Positions 18,559-28,409 of a DNA stretch of 64,000 nucleotides are shown piece by piece. Source of the DNA: an uncultured delta proteobacterium (GTDB taxonomy: Bacteria; Desulfobacterota; RBG-13-43-22); NCBI GenBank assembly GCA_963711835.1, contig CAVQFQ010000017.1, positions 352,001 to 416,000 on the forward strand. The letters run 5' to 3'. The translations under genes and the position numbers were made by a program. How positions within the stretch are numbered: the first letter of the stretch is position 1; each line of letters starts with the position of its first letter. The notes under the pieces are model-generated. The model saw only the letters and a program-made list of their open reading frames with translations. It was not told the origin of the DNA and did no database searches.

Positions 18559-20401
18559 ATGAAAAAAATCATCAGACCTTTACTGGCGCTTTTCTTTTTC
18601 TGTACCCTGTTTGGGATTACGTTTAGTCAACCGGTGCTGGCCAATGATTATGAAACCCTGAATGCCTCCATCATGCGGCCGGATCCGAGCTGACCTTGAT
18701 GGACTGGATTCAAAAGTCCAAAGAGGCCCCCAAGACCGTCATAGATGAGGATATTAAGCAGAAGGTCATACAATTCATGGCGGAAGGGATTGGGGCTTCC
18801 AATAGCTTGTTAAGCCATATCAGTTATATCCCGGCGGAACGCCAACAAGGAAACTGCGGGAATTGCTGGAACTGGGCCGGGACCGGGGTTATGGAAGTGG
18901 CCCTGGATGTGCAAGGTGTTGCCAAAAATCGTCTTTCAACGCAATATCTCAATTCCTGTAAAACCGATCAATTTGCCTGTTGCGGGGGCTGGTTGTCCAC
19001 CTATGCCAACTGGTACGCCCAGTCAGCACAAAAGAAGGCGATTCCCTGGTCCAATACCAACGCTTCCTATGCTGATGCCAATGCCGATTGCCGGAATGCA
19101 TCCAGTGCTCGCTCCTGTGGAAGTATTAGTACAACGCCCAACTATCCCATCAACGCTATCACCATGGAAACAGTTCCGGTTGTTGCCGGCAACCAGGTGC
19201 AGACCATCGCCAACATAAAGAGTGTCATTGACGGAATCCCAAACAGGGCCATCTGGTTTGGCTTTTTTCTGCCCAACCAGACGTCCTGGGATAATTTTTT
19301 TAATTTCTGGAACAATCAGAATGAAAGCGCCGTCTTCAATATGAGCGGCTATTGCGGCCAGACCTATGACCAAAACGGAGGGGGCCACGCCGTCGTCCTC
19401 GTAGGTTATAACGACAGCGTCGCTGAACCTTACTGGGAATTTTTAAACAGTTGGGGAACGGCCAACGGCAACCGTCCTAACGGCCTTTTCCGGATCAGAA
19501 TGAACATGAATTATGATTGCCAGTATAATTTTAGTAGCGGACCCGACGACGCCTTCTACTGGCAGACGCTGAATGTGCAATTCCAGGGGACCCCAACCCA
19601 ATGCACCTATTCCATCTCCCCGCAGAGCGAGTATGTCTCTGCCAGCGGCGGAACCCGAACGGTCAATGTGACCGCCAGTCTTGGCAGTTGCACCTGGACC
19701 GCCAGTGAATCCTTAGGTTGGGTTACCCTCAACAATTCAAGCGGGACGGGCAATGGAAGCGTTTCCTATACCGTGGCCGCCAATTCCGGCCCTCAACGGA
19801 GCGGAACCATTATCATTGCCGGCCAGACCTATACCGTCACCCAGGAGGGTACCGGCGGAACGGGAAGTCCAATCTTCTGAGGAATTACGGCTTTGAAGAT
19901 GGTGACTATGTTGCATTGGGTAGATTCTGGACTCTAGGATCATTTGGGATTTTCCCTGCGATCTCGGCAGCCACCTTTTGCGCTTATGACGGGAACTGGC
20001 TGGCCTGGTTGGGAGGATATCATAACGCTCAGGATGATATCTATCAGGTAGGTTTATATCCCGTGCCACCGCCACCAGGAAAAGCAATGGGATTAAGATT
20101 TATGTATGCCATAGGAACGAACGAATTACCGGGGACCCCCTATGATTTTCTTAAAGTGTATATTTCGAACGCCAGTGATCCCTATAATGACTGGGAAATG
20201 CTGCTTTCATTAAGCAACCTGGATGCTACGAATGGCTGGCGCCCCAGTCCTCTTTTAAGGATTCCACCGGCCTTTATTGGAAAAAACGTCTGGATTGAAT
20301 TTTACGGCACAACCGATTCGTCTAATAACACGAATTTTTTTATCGATAATGTCGTACTGGCTGAATTTAATTTTTTTTACCTGCCGCTTATACTGAAATA
20401 A
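18559..20401 (+). CDS. Secreted papain-like (C1) peptidase with a BACON domain and a C-terminal jelly-roll-like domain; frameshifts at about 18688 and 19868
   Basis: RBS and signal peptide MKKIIRPLLALFFF from 18559; QGNCGNCW, GGHAVVLVGY, NSWG; CTWTASESLGWV..GTGNGSVSYTVAAN; last segment NLLRNYGFEDG...FYLPLILK. Confidence 0.78.
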
Positions 20402-20445
20402 CCTAAACGTTGCAAAAAAATTATCGATTAACCGACTCACCTACA

Positions 20446-20492
20446 AAATCCCCCGCTGCCCCCCTTTGTCAAAGGGGGGCAGCGGGGGATTT
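20446..20492. repeat. Perfect 22-bp-arm palindrome (REP-like / bidirectional terminator)
   Basis: AAATCCCCCGCTGCCCCCCTTT-GTC-AAAGGGGGGCAGCGGGGGATTT between convergent genes. Confidence 0.75.
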
Positions 20493-20568
20493 ATTAAAGC
20501 GGTGACCTTCACCTTGGGTAAAATCCTCCGAGCAGATTAAAAAACCTTATGTTGTCGATTAACCCCAC

Positions 20569-21432
20569 CTATTTCTTCTTATACTCATACCACCCCGCGC
20601 CGGTTTTGCGTCCCAGACGGCCGGCGCGGATCATGTTTTTCAGCAGGGTAGGGGCGACCCACTTGCTTTCCTTGTTCAGTTCGTTATAGAAATAATCGGA
20701 AACGTATTTAGCGATATCGACACCCGTCAGGTCCATCAATTCAAAAGGCCCCATGGGATAGTTGAGCCCAAGCTTAACGGCCTTATCCACGTCCTCGGGC
20801 GTGGCAATCCCTTCCTGAACGATATTGATGGCCTCGAGCATATGAGGGATCATGATTCGGTTGACGATAAACCCCGGGGAATCTATCTTGACTTCCACGG
20901 TTTCCTTGCCCATCTTTTTGGCCAAATCGGTCGTAACCTGAACGGTTTCGTCGTTAGTATGAAAGCCGCGGATGACCTCCACCAGACGCATCAAGGGGAC
21001 GGGATTAAAGAAATGCATCCCGACCACCTTTTCGGGTCGCCGGGTAGCCACGGCGATCTCGGTAATGGACATGGAAGAGGTATTGGTGCCTAAAATGACT
21101 TCCGGCCGGCAGATGCCGTCCAATTCCTTAAAGACGGATTTTTTTAAATTCAGGTCCTCGATTACGGCCTCGACGACAAAATCCACATCCTTCAGATCGG
21201 TCATGTTGATCGTGCCTTTGATCCGGCCCAAAACGACGTTCTTCTGTTCTTCGGTCATTTTGCCTTTTTCAACGCTTTTGCTCAAAAAACGATTGATATT
21301 TTTTAGACCGTTTTCCACAAAACGCTCCTCAACATCCCGCATGACCACCTCACAACCAATCTGAGCCGCTATCTGGGCAATCCCATTGCCCATGGTGCCG
21401 GCGCCGACAACCCCAAGCTTCTTTATTTCCAT
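20569..21432 (-). CDS. hbd: 3-hydroxybutyryl-CoA dehydrogenase
   Basis: GVVGAGTMGNGIA, EAVIED, TNTSS, GMHFFNPVP, PGFIVNR, YPMGPF. Confidence 0.93.
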   Translation of the reverse strand: MEIKKLGVVGAGTMGNGIAQIAAQIGCEVVMRDVEERFVENGLKNINRFLSKSVEKGKMTEEQKNVVLGRIKGTINMTDLKDVDFVVEAVIEDLNLKKSVFKELDGICRPEVILGTNTSSMSITEIAVATRRPEKVVGMHFFNPVPLMRLVEVIRGFHTNDETVQVTTDLAKKMGKETVEVKIDSPGFIVNRIMIPHMLEAINIVQEGIATPEDVDKAVKLGLNYPMGPFELMDLTGVDIAKYVSDYFYNELNKESKWVAPTLLKNMIRAGRLGRKTGAGWYEYKKK

Positions 21433-21635
21433 TGGATAGAACCTCCTTTGAATTTTTTCCCGAGACTACAACAGAACCCGCCCTTTTGTCAATTCCGACC
21501 GGATCATCATCCATCGGAGCCATAAACATGGATTCCGGAACCTGCCCGCTCCCGGCCCCCTAACCACTTGACAGAATTAACAGAAGTCGCTAATGAATAG
21601 TTAATCTTCTTTATTTTTCATTACAAAGGCAACCC

Positions 21636-22304
21636 ATGGCCCAGTCCATCCCCAGGGAATTATTAGCCGCCTTTAATGATCCCGGCACGGGAACAGCCAT
21701 CCCCTGGGAAAACTATCTCCTTAACTCGGACTATCCACTTGGCAGTCGCCGGGCCTTATGGCTTGAATTTTTATTGAGGGCCGGGCCGGAGCGTTTTAAA
21801 GAAGGCTGGCAGCAATTACCCGTTGAAGATCGGAAAAGGTTGGGCTGCCTGATTTTGGAAGGCTATCTTTTTCAGCCCCTGGTAATCCCTATCTGGCCGG
21901 AAAAAAAGAACGGGCTCCCGGCCGGTCCTCTAAAGACCTACCGGGAGGGCGGGATACTCCGGGTGGAATCCCTTTCGGAGATTAATGGTCTTCCGCGCTA
22001 TTATTATCCTCTGGCCCATAACCGGCTTTGGCCTGTCTTGTTGCCTTTAATCCGGGAAGGGCTTTTTAATGTCCAAGGGCTCCCGGCGCTTCTTCAATCC
22101 ACCTTGAGGCTGGCTTCCCGATCCGGATTAAAGAAAATTCGGGATCGCCTTCAGGAAATCCAATCCCATGTTTTAAAAGAAAGGCCTATACCGGTTGAAG
22201 CCTTTGATCCTCCCCGAATTAAAAAAGCGGAAACCGGGGTTCCAAAGCCCCCCAAGGCGAGGAAAAAAAGCAAAGGCCCAACAGGGCAAATGAAACTTTG
22301 GTAG
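21636..22304 (+). CDS. Hypothetical protein
   Basis: 222-aa ORF with upstream TTGACA; ends QMKLW. Confidence 0.65.
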   Translation: MAQSIPRELLAAFNDPGTGTAIPWENYLLNSDYPLGSRRALWLEFLLRAGPERFKEGWQQLPVEDRKRLGCLILEGYLFQPLVIPIWPEKKNGLPAGPLKTYREGGILRVESLSEINGLPRYYYPLAHNRLWPVLLPLIREGLFNVQGLPALLQSTLRLASRSGLKKIRDRLQEIQSHVLKERPIPVEAFDPPRIKKAETGVPKPPKARKKSKGPTGQMKLW

Positions 22305-22382
22305 GCTGGTCCGAGGACGGTTTATTAGTCTTTATCGTTTGGGGGTCGAGGTTAAAAACTCACGGCGTTTTCCATCAGCCTA

Positions 22383-22958
22383 TCAGGCATGCCCGACTGT
22401 ATCGGTTAAGAGGCTTAGGTCGATTCCCAATAGTTTGGCGGCGTTTCCCCAACGTTTTTCAATAGGGGTGTTAAAAAGAATGGCCTCGTCTACAGGACAG
22501 GTTAACCAGGCATTGGCCATGATTTCGGACTCCAATTGACCCGGTCCCCAACCGGCACAACCCAGGGCGATGAGAAAGGATTCGGGACCTTTCCCCTTGG
22601 CCAGGGCCTCCAGAATATCTTTGGAGTTGCTCAAGGCCAGGGAGGGCGTGACCGGGTGAAATCCTTCCCATCCGAACGGCGGGCCATGAAGAATAAAAAC
22701 TTGGCCTTTATGCACCGGCCCTCCCAGGTGTATGGGAAGGGATTGGGTGGCCGGGTTGGATGGTAATCCCAATTCCTGGAAAACTGCATTGCTGTTCAAA
22801 TCGTCATAGACCCGGTTGATTACCAGACCTAAGGCCCCGTCCGGGGTGTGTTCACAAATGCAAGTGACTGTTTGATAAAAATTCGGATCCACCAGACTGG
22901 GCATGGCGATTAGAAAATGACCTTTTAGAGACGTACGGTTGCCTATTCCTGAACGCAT
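22383..22958 (-). CDS. yqgE: YqgE/AlgH (UPF0301) family protein
   Basis: HFLIAMPSLVDPNF, GALGLVINR, GGPV, GCAGWGPGQLESE; GAGGAG before the ATG at 22958. Confidence 0.92.
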   Translation of the reverse strand: MRSGIGNRTSLKGHFLIAMPSLVDPNFYQTVTCICEHTPDGALGLVINRVYDDLNSNAVFQELGLPSNPATQSLPIHLGGPVHKGQVFILHGPPFGWEGFHPVTPSLALSNSKDILEALAKGKGPESFLIALGCAGWGPGQLESEIMANAWLTCPVDEAILFNTPIEKRWGNAAKLLGIDLSLLTDTVGHA

Positions 22959-23140
22959 AGCTCCTCGTCCCCGTAAACCTGATTTTATTTTAGGGGGAGT
23001 TGGGTAGGTTGTCAAGAAATGCCTTTTTCTCGCCTGACCGGACCTCTGAGGGGAATTGACCCCTTTCAGGAAGATAGGCTATTTTTATGAGAGCTCTCTC
23101 TCCCGGGTTGGTCATCGTCAAAAGGAAGGAGAAGAACAAT

Positions 23141-23467
23141 ATGAGTCAACGAAAAATCCTGGTTAAGTACAAGGAGTCTCATGATTACCGGAAAGGAGCG
23201 GCCTCGGGGGTCTTCGGGGGGCCTACCCCGGCCGGGGGATTGATGTGTAATTTTTTTCTTGAAACGCGGGCTGTTCCCGACCAGGTGGAAATCGAAATTG
23301 ATTCGAGCGGTGCAGCGATTGAAAAACCCGTGACGGAGGAGGGGCAGGAGGTGTTTATCCGCGAAATCCTCTTCGGAGTTCTCCTGAGTCCCCAGGTGGC
23401 CCGATCCATCGGAGACTGGCTGATCCAGCGCTCGCGGGAAATGATGGAAAAACCCATACTGCAATGA
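23141..23467 (+). CDS. Hypothetical protein (DUF3467-like)
   Basis: RBS; ASGVFGGPTPAG and LSPQVARSIGDWL pattern. Confidence 0.6.
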   Translation: MSQRKILVKYKESHDYRKGAASGVFGGPTPAGGLMCNFFLETRAVPDQVEIEIDSSGAAIEKPVTEEGQEVFIREILFGVLLSPQVARSIGDWLIQRSREMMEKPILQ

Positions 23468-23540
23468 AAAAGGATCCCAGGATCCACGGCTTCCGGGGTT
23501 CGAGTAAGGAAAACCCTGCTCGCTCTTGAGTCCTTGACCC

Positions 23541-24137
23541 CTAAAAGCTTATGACCTTTTCAGCTACCTGCAGGCTGGTCACAATATCGAGCATATTGGT
23601 GGTTTCCCCGACCTGTTTCTTTTCCAGGAGGCCGAAATGATTAAGGCAGGTCCCGCAGACCAGGATGGATACCCCTTCGGATTCCAGTTCTTTCAAAGGT
23701 TCCAACGCCTCGGCCCCTTCCACTGTCAGCTTGACCCCTGAATTCAAAAAGACCAGTCGCCACAGGGAAGGCCCCATTTCCTTCAAGGTCTTAAGGAAGT
23801 TCTGCATGAGCAAGGCGCCCAATTGGTCATCCCCACGGCCGATCTTGTCCTGGACGATCAGAACCATGAGCTTCTCGGGGGCTGCCAATTCTTCTGATGT
23901 TGAAAGAGAGCATCCGGCAGACTCCTCTTTTTTCCCGGTGACCTTATAGCCCGCACCGGAACCTTCAATGGAAGCTGCAAATCCCCGTGTTCCGAGAAAT
24001 CGTTCCACGTTTTGAGCGGCTGCCGGGTTGTCCACCAGGACCGATAAAGTCTGGGTTTTGGGATAGGTCTCTAAAAAGGTCTTGGTTTCCAGGACGGGTT
24101 GAGGACAGCTCAGCCCCAGACAGTCTACCGTTTCCAT
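23541..24137 (-). CDS. yedF: Sulfurtransferase-like selenium metabolism protein YedF (TusA plus DsrE-like domains)
   Basis: DCLGLSCPQPV, GRGDDQLG, NSGVKL, CGTCLNHF, TNMLDIV. Confidence 0.9.
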   Translation of the reverse strand: METVDCLGLSCPQPVLETKTFLETYPKTQTLSVLVDNPAAAQNVERFLGTRGFAASIEGSGAGYKVTGKKEESAGCSLSTSEELAAPEKLMVLIVQDKIGRGDDQLGALLMQNFLKTLKEMGPSLWRLVFLNSGVKLTVEGAEALEPLKELESEGVSILVCGTCLNHFGLLEKKQVGETTNMLDIVTSLQVAEKVISF

Positions 24138-24296
24138 AGGGATCAGGCTCCTTAACTAAGATTAGGTGATAGTAATCCGATCTATTCGGGATTGGTTTTA
24201 ACTTAGTAAAACCCCAGAAGAAAAGTCAAATAGGAAATGATAGGGAAAGTGGCAATATATGATAGTTTTTCCCTATGGTGTCGGCAGCGATTTCTT

Positions 24297-26003
24297 TTAT
24301 AGGGGCGTATAGGTGGAGTGATTTACTTCCGAATCAGGTTCTTTTTGATCGCGGATTTTGGCTAAGTCCAGGCAGCGAATGCCCTTCGATAATTCCTCAA
24401 AAATCGTCAGGTCAATCTCCCGGACCATTTCACTGAGTTGTTGGAGGCTGTTCAACAACTCCAAATGAAGATTGCTGGTCTCTTCGGTTTCTCTAACGCC
24501 TTCGGACAAGCGGTGGATGTGGTTTTGGCGGTACTCCCGGATCAAAGCAATGATTCGAGGGTGCTCGCCAAGGGTCTCTTCGGCCAGACAGGAGTTGTTT
24601 TGAACCAGGGCCTTATGGGTCATGCGCATGACCCGGGTCAGCCTGCCGACCAGGACCAGCAACTCTTCTTTCCCGAAAGAAGAAAAGTGAATGCCCTGGC
24701 TCAACTTGGATTCGATTCGGTATTTGACATCCCGTTCGACCACATCATTTATTTTTTCCAGACTATCCAGGATATGGATCAAGCCCATGGCGTAGGCATG
24801 CTCTTCCCGGTTTAGGGGCTGGCGAAGAACCCGGGTCAGGTATTCCATGGCGGCCTTAAACAAGACATCCATAACTTTCTCCCGGTAGACAATGCGCTCC
24901 AAAAATTCCACATTGCTGCTCTCCAGGGACCGTTTGATATACCAGACCATGCGCAGGGTGCCGGCGGAGAGCCGGATCGTTTCCTTGTGAGCCAAACCGA
25001 TCGCTACCGAAGGCATGGTGATGACTTCTTCCCGCAGATACTTGGGCTCCAGTTCCGGGATTCTTTTATCGGGCAGGATTTTTTCGATGAGACGTGATCC
25101 CAGATTGCTGAAAGGCAGAAAAAGGGCGGTCAGGCCGACGTTGAAGAAAGTATGGGCATTGGCCACCTGGAAGGCCGTCGAAGAAGTTAAGGAAGCCAAA
25201 AAGAGGCTGAACCAGGGGACAAACGGAAAAAGCAGGACCGTCCCTCCCAGTTTGGAGAAAAAATGGGCTAAGGCAACCCGCTGGGCCTCACGGCGCGATC
25301 CCAGGCTGGCCAGGAGGGCCGTGAAAGAGGTCCCCACATTGCTGCCCAGCAGGATATAAATAGCGGCGTTTAAATCCAATAAATGATAACCGGCCAGCAC
25401 CATGACAATGCCCAGGACGGCCGCACTGCTGTGGACCAAAAAAGTAACCAGCGCCGAAACCAGGACCGCCAGCAGAGACCAGCGGCTGACCAAAAGCAGG
25501 ACTTGGCTGAATTCGGGAAGTTCTTGCAGGGGCTTAAGGCAGTCCCCGATTATTTTAAGCCCCAGGAATAAAAAACCAAACCCGATTACGGCTTGGCCGA
25601 TGCGTTTGTAGCGGTCTCTCTTGGCGAAGAAAACGACCGGGGCTCCCAGGCCGACGAACAGGAAAGATAATTCGGTAAACTTAAGGGCGATCAACTGGGC
25701 CGTGACGGTAGTTCCAATATCGGCTCCGAGGATGACCGGCATGGACTGCCTGAGGGTTATTACGGCCGCATTAGTCAAGCCGACCAGGATCACGGTAGTG
25801 GCGGTACTGCTCTGAAAAAGGACAGTAATGACGGCACCGGCCAGGACCCCCAGCAAGGGCTTTTTGGTCACCGATTCCAGGAGGGCGCGGAGCTGGCGTC
25901 CTAAGATCTTCTGCAATCCATCGCCCATGACCTGGATGCCGTAGAGCAGGATGCCGATTCCACCGAAGAAGCCCAGAAAAGTTGTCAACCATAAACGGTT
26001 CAA
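24297..26003 (-). CDS. Na+/Pi cotransporter family protein with PhoU domains
   Basis: QSSTAT and HSSAA repeats, GADIGTT, GSNVGT, ANAHTFFN; helical C-terminus. Confidence 0.9.
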   Translation of the reverse strand: MNRLWLTTFLGFFGGIGILLYGIQVMGDGLQKILGRQLRALLESVTKKPLLGVLAGAVITVLFQSSTATTVILVGLTNAAVITLRQSMPVILGADIGTTVTAQLIALKFTELSFLFVGLGAPVVFFAKRDRYKRIGQAVIGFGFLFLGLKIIGDCLKPLQELPEFSQVLLLVSRWSLLAVLVSALVTFLVHSSAAVLGIVMVLAGYHLLDLNAAIYILLGSNVGTSFTALLASLGSRREAQRVALAHFFSKLGGTVLLFPFVPWFSLFLASLTSSTAFQVANAHTFFNVGLTALFLPFSNLGSRLIEKILPDKRIPELEPKYLREEVITMPSVAIGLAHKETIRLSAGTLRMVWYIKRSLESSNVEFLERIVYREKVMDVLFKAAMEYLTRVLRQPLNREEHAYAMGLIHILDSLEKINDVVERDVKYRIESKLSQGIHFSSFGKEELLVLVGRLTRVMRMTHKALVQNNSCLAEETLGEHPRIIALIREYRQNHIHRLSEGVRETEETSNLHLELLNSLQQLSEMVREIDLTIFEELSKGIRCLDLAKIRDQKEPDSEVNHSTYTPL

Positions 26004-26302
26004 TGAAGACCTCCGTCGGCTATTTTACAATCAGTACCGGTCTAACGCGTTAGGTAAGCCACCAAATCCTCTGCGGCGGACTCCCCCCTCTGAGGGGGAC
26101 GGCCATGAGCCGGGTCAAAGAGGAAAATTTCAATTCTCTTTGGTTCGTAATTATTCCTGATAGCATACAATGCGGCTCATTTCAAGAAAACCAAGGCCGA
26201 AGAAGCGGAGGGCGCCAAAACCATTTTCCGAATGGTGAAGCAGAAAAAAATACCCAAGCGGCTTCAACTTGACTTTTCCCCTCGGAAAAATTAGAAAAGA
26301 AA

Positions 26303-28204
26303 ATGAACCACCATGCAGAAAGGACGCTGATGTACCAAAAGAAGCTGATTACCGTAGGCGAGGCCTTAAAGACCATTAAAAAGGGGAGCCGGATTTTTAT
26401 CGGCTGCGGCTGCGGCGAGCCGCAATTCCTGGTGGAAAATCTGGTGGCCCAAGCCGATAAAATGTACGATGTGGAAATTCTGCATGTGCTCTCCATACGT
26501 GATCCGGGCTATACCGCCGCCCGGCTGGGAGGGCATTTCAGGGTCCAGAGCTTCTTTGTTGCCGGCCGGGGGGCCCGAGAAGCGGTCTGGGAAGGCCGAG
26601 CGGAATACATCCCCATTTTTATCTCCGATATCCCCCGTCTATTGAATGACCGGCGACTCGAGATTGATACAGCCTTTATCCAAGTTTCCCCGCCGGACAA
26701 AAATGGCTTTATGAGCTTGGGGATTGCCGTAGATGTGGCCAAGGAAGCCATCGAGGCGGCCGAAAAGGTTGTCGTCCAAGTCAATCCGGCTATGCCCGTC
26801 ACCTTTGGCGACAGTTTTATCCATATCAGCGAAGTGGATTATATCGTGGAACAGGAGGAGCCCCTTTTGGAAGTGGTTTCTCCCCATCTGTCTGAAAGGG
26901 ATATGCTCATCGGCCGTAATGTGGCCCGTCTCATAGAGGATGGATCAACGATTCATGCTGATTTGGGCCACCTTCCGGCAGCGGCCCTACACTGCCTAAA
27001 AGACAAAAAGGAGCTTGGGGTCCACACCGACATGCTTACCCCGGCCTATTTGGATCTGATCCGGTCAGGGGTGATCACCAACCGGAAAAAGGAAATCAAC
27101 CGGAAGAAGGTAGTGGCCTCCTATTGTCTGGGAAACAAGGAGCTGTTTGATTTTGTACATCTTAATCCCTTTGTGGAATTTTACCCCATCGCCTATACCA
27201 ATAATCCCCAGGTGATCGGCCAGCACGAGCAGATGATTTCCATTCATGAGGCCATGGAAGTGGATTTTACCGGGATGGTCTGCGCCTCGGTTCAGCAAAA
27301 TAAAATTTTCTCCGGCATTGGGGGCTTGGTGGATTTTATGCGGGGTACCTGGCAATCCAAAAAAGGAAAATTTATTATGGCCCTCCATTCCATTTCCTCG
27401 GACGGCCGGGATTCCCGCATCGTCCCCTCACTTGCGCCCGGGTCAGGCATCATCGCCAGCCGGGCCGCCGTAAGCTATGTCGTAACCGAATTCGGCTCGG
27501 TAAATCTGCACGCCAAATCCCTTCGGGACCGGGCCCTGGCCATGATTGAAATAACGCATCCCAAATTCCGCCAAGAATTTCTGAATCGAGCCAAGGACGA
27601 AGGACTCCTGGCTCATGGAGAACCCATCACCTTTCAAACTGCGATGCCTTATCCTCAGGAACTGGAAAGGAAGATATCCGCAGAAGGTGAAGTTATGATC
27701 ATTCGTCCGGCCAAACCGACCGATGTCAGGATCATCCAGGAATTTTTTTACGGTCTCAATGACCACGATATTTATTTTCGCTTTTTGAGGTCCAGGCGGG
27801 CCTTCCCCCGGGAAGAGATGGCGGCCATGGCCGACATTGATTACCACAATAAAATGACCCTGTTGTGCCTCACCGGCGAGGTAGGGTTTGAAAAAGTCAT
27901 TTCCATCTGCCGCTACATCTCGGTTGCCGAAAAGGACATGGTTGAAATAGATATTGCAGTGGCCGAAGAGTATCGCCAGAAGGGCATCGGCAAGGCTATG
28001 CTGGAAAAGATCTTTGCGATTGCCCATGAAAAAGGGTTTAAGGGCATCATGGCCAATGTGGATTACGACAACCCGAAAATGCTCCATCTGCTGAAACAAT
28101 TGGGATATAACCTGCGGGCCGCCCTGGATCATGGGGTCTATGAAATAGAAATCCTTTTTGAGGAGAAGTCCGACGATCCTTCCTTTGTAGTCACCTATAC
28201 CTGA
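26303..28204 (+). CDS. Acetyl-CoA hydrolase/4-hydroxybutyrate CoA-transferase-like domain fused to a GNAT acetyltransferase
   Basis: GCGEPQ, QVSPPDKNG, VVTEFG, IEITHPKFR; GNAT VAEEYRQKGIGKAM. Confidence 0.88.
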   Translation: MNHHAERTLMYQKKLITVGEALKTIKKGSRIFIGCGCGEPQFLVENLVAQADKMYDVEILHVLSIRDPGYTAARLGGHFRVQSFFVAGRGAREAVWEGRAEYIPIFISDIPRLLNDRRLEIDTAFIQVSPPDKNGFMSLGIAVDVAKEAIEAAEKVVVQVNPAMPVTFGDSFIHISEVDYIVEQEEPLLEVVSPHLSERDMLIGRNVARLIEDGSTIHADLGHLPAAALHCLKDKKELGVHTDMLTPAYLDLIRSGVITNRKKEINRKKVVASYCLGNKELFDFVHLNPFVEFYPIAYTNNPQVIGQHEQMISIHEAMEVDFTGMVCASVQQNKIFSGIGGLVDFMRGTWQSKKGKFIMALHSISSDGRDSRIVPSLAPGSGIIASRAAVSYVVTEFGSVNLHAKSLRDRALAMIEITHPKFRQEFLNRAKDEGLLAHGEPITFQTAMPYPQELERKISAEGEVMIIRPAKPTDVRIIQEFFYGLNDHDIYFRFLRSRRAFPREEMAAMADIDYHNKMTLLCLTGEVGFEKVISICRYISVAEKDMVEIDIAVAEEYRQKGIGKAMLEKIFAIAHEKGFKGIMANVDYDNPKMLHLLKQLGYNLRAALDHGVYEIEILFEEKSDDPSFVVTYT

Positions 28205-28226
28205 AAGCAGGGTAGGGTCTTAAAAT

Positions 28227-28283
28227 TTGACTTCCCTTTTAAGATCCAATATTATTCAATTATCAAACATTGTTCGATAATTG
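28227..28283 (+). promoter_or_regulatory. Sigma-70 promoter with an adjacent palindromic operator
   Basis: TTGACT-17 nt-TATTAT (28227-28255), then CAATTATCAAACA-T-TGTTCGATAATTG (12/13 dyad, 28257-28283). Confidence 0.65.
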
Positions 28284-28409
28284 CAGTTCTTAATAAACCT
28301 CCCCGTAGTCCCGCTGTGAGCGGGAGGGGATAGAGGGGGAGGAGACTAAGAGGTTCCCAGTAGCGAGTTGCGGGGAATAATCAAGTTTAATTAAAAGAAG
28401 GGTTAAGTC

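Noticed and set aside
18691-18693. TGA in the C1 peptidase leader (and at 19878-19880) as possible selenocysteine, since selA is present
   Set aside because: The coding sequence continues in a different frame, so these are frameshifts, not read-through.
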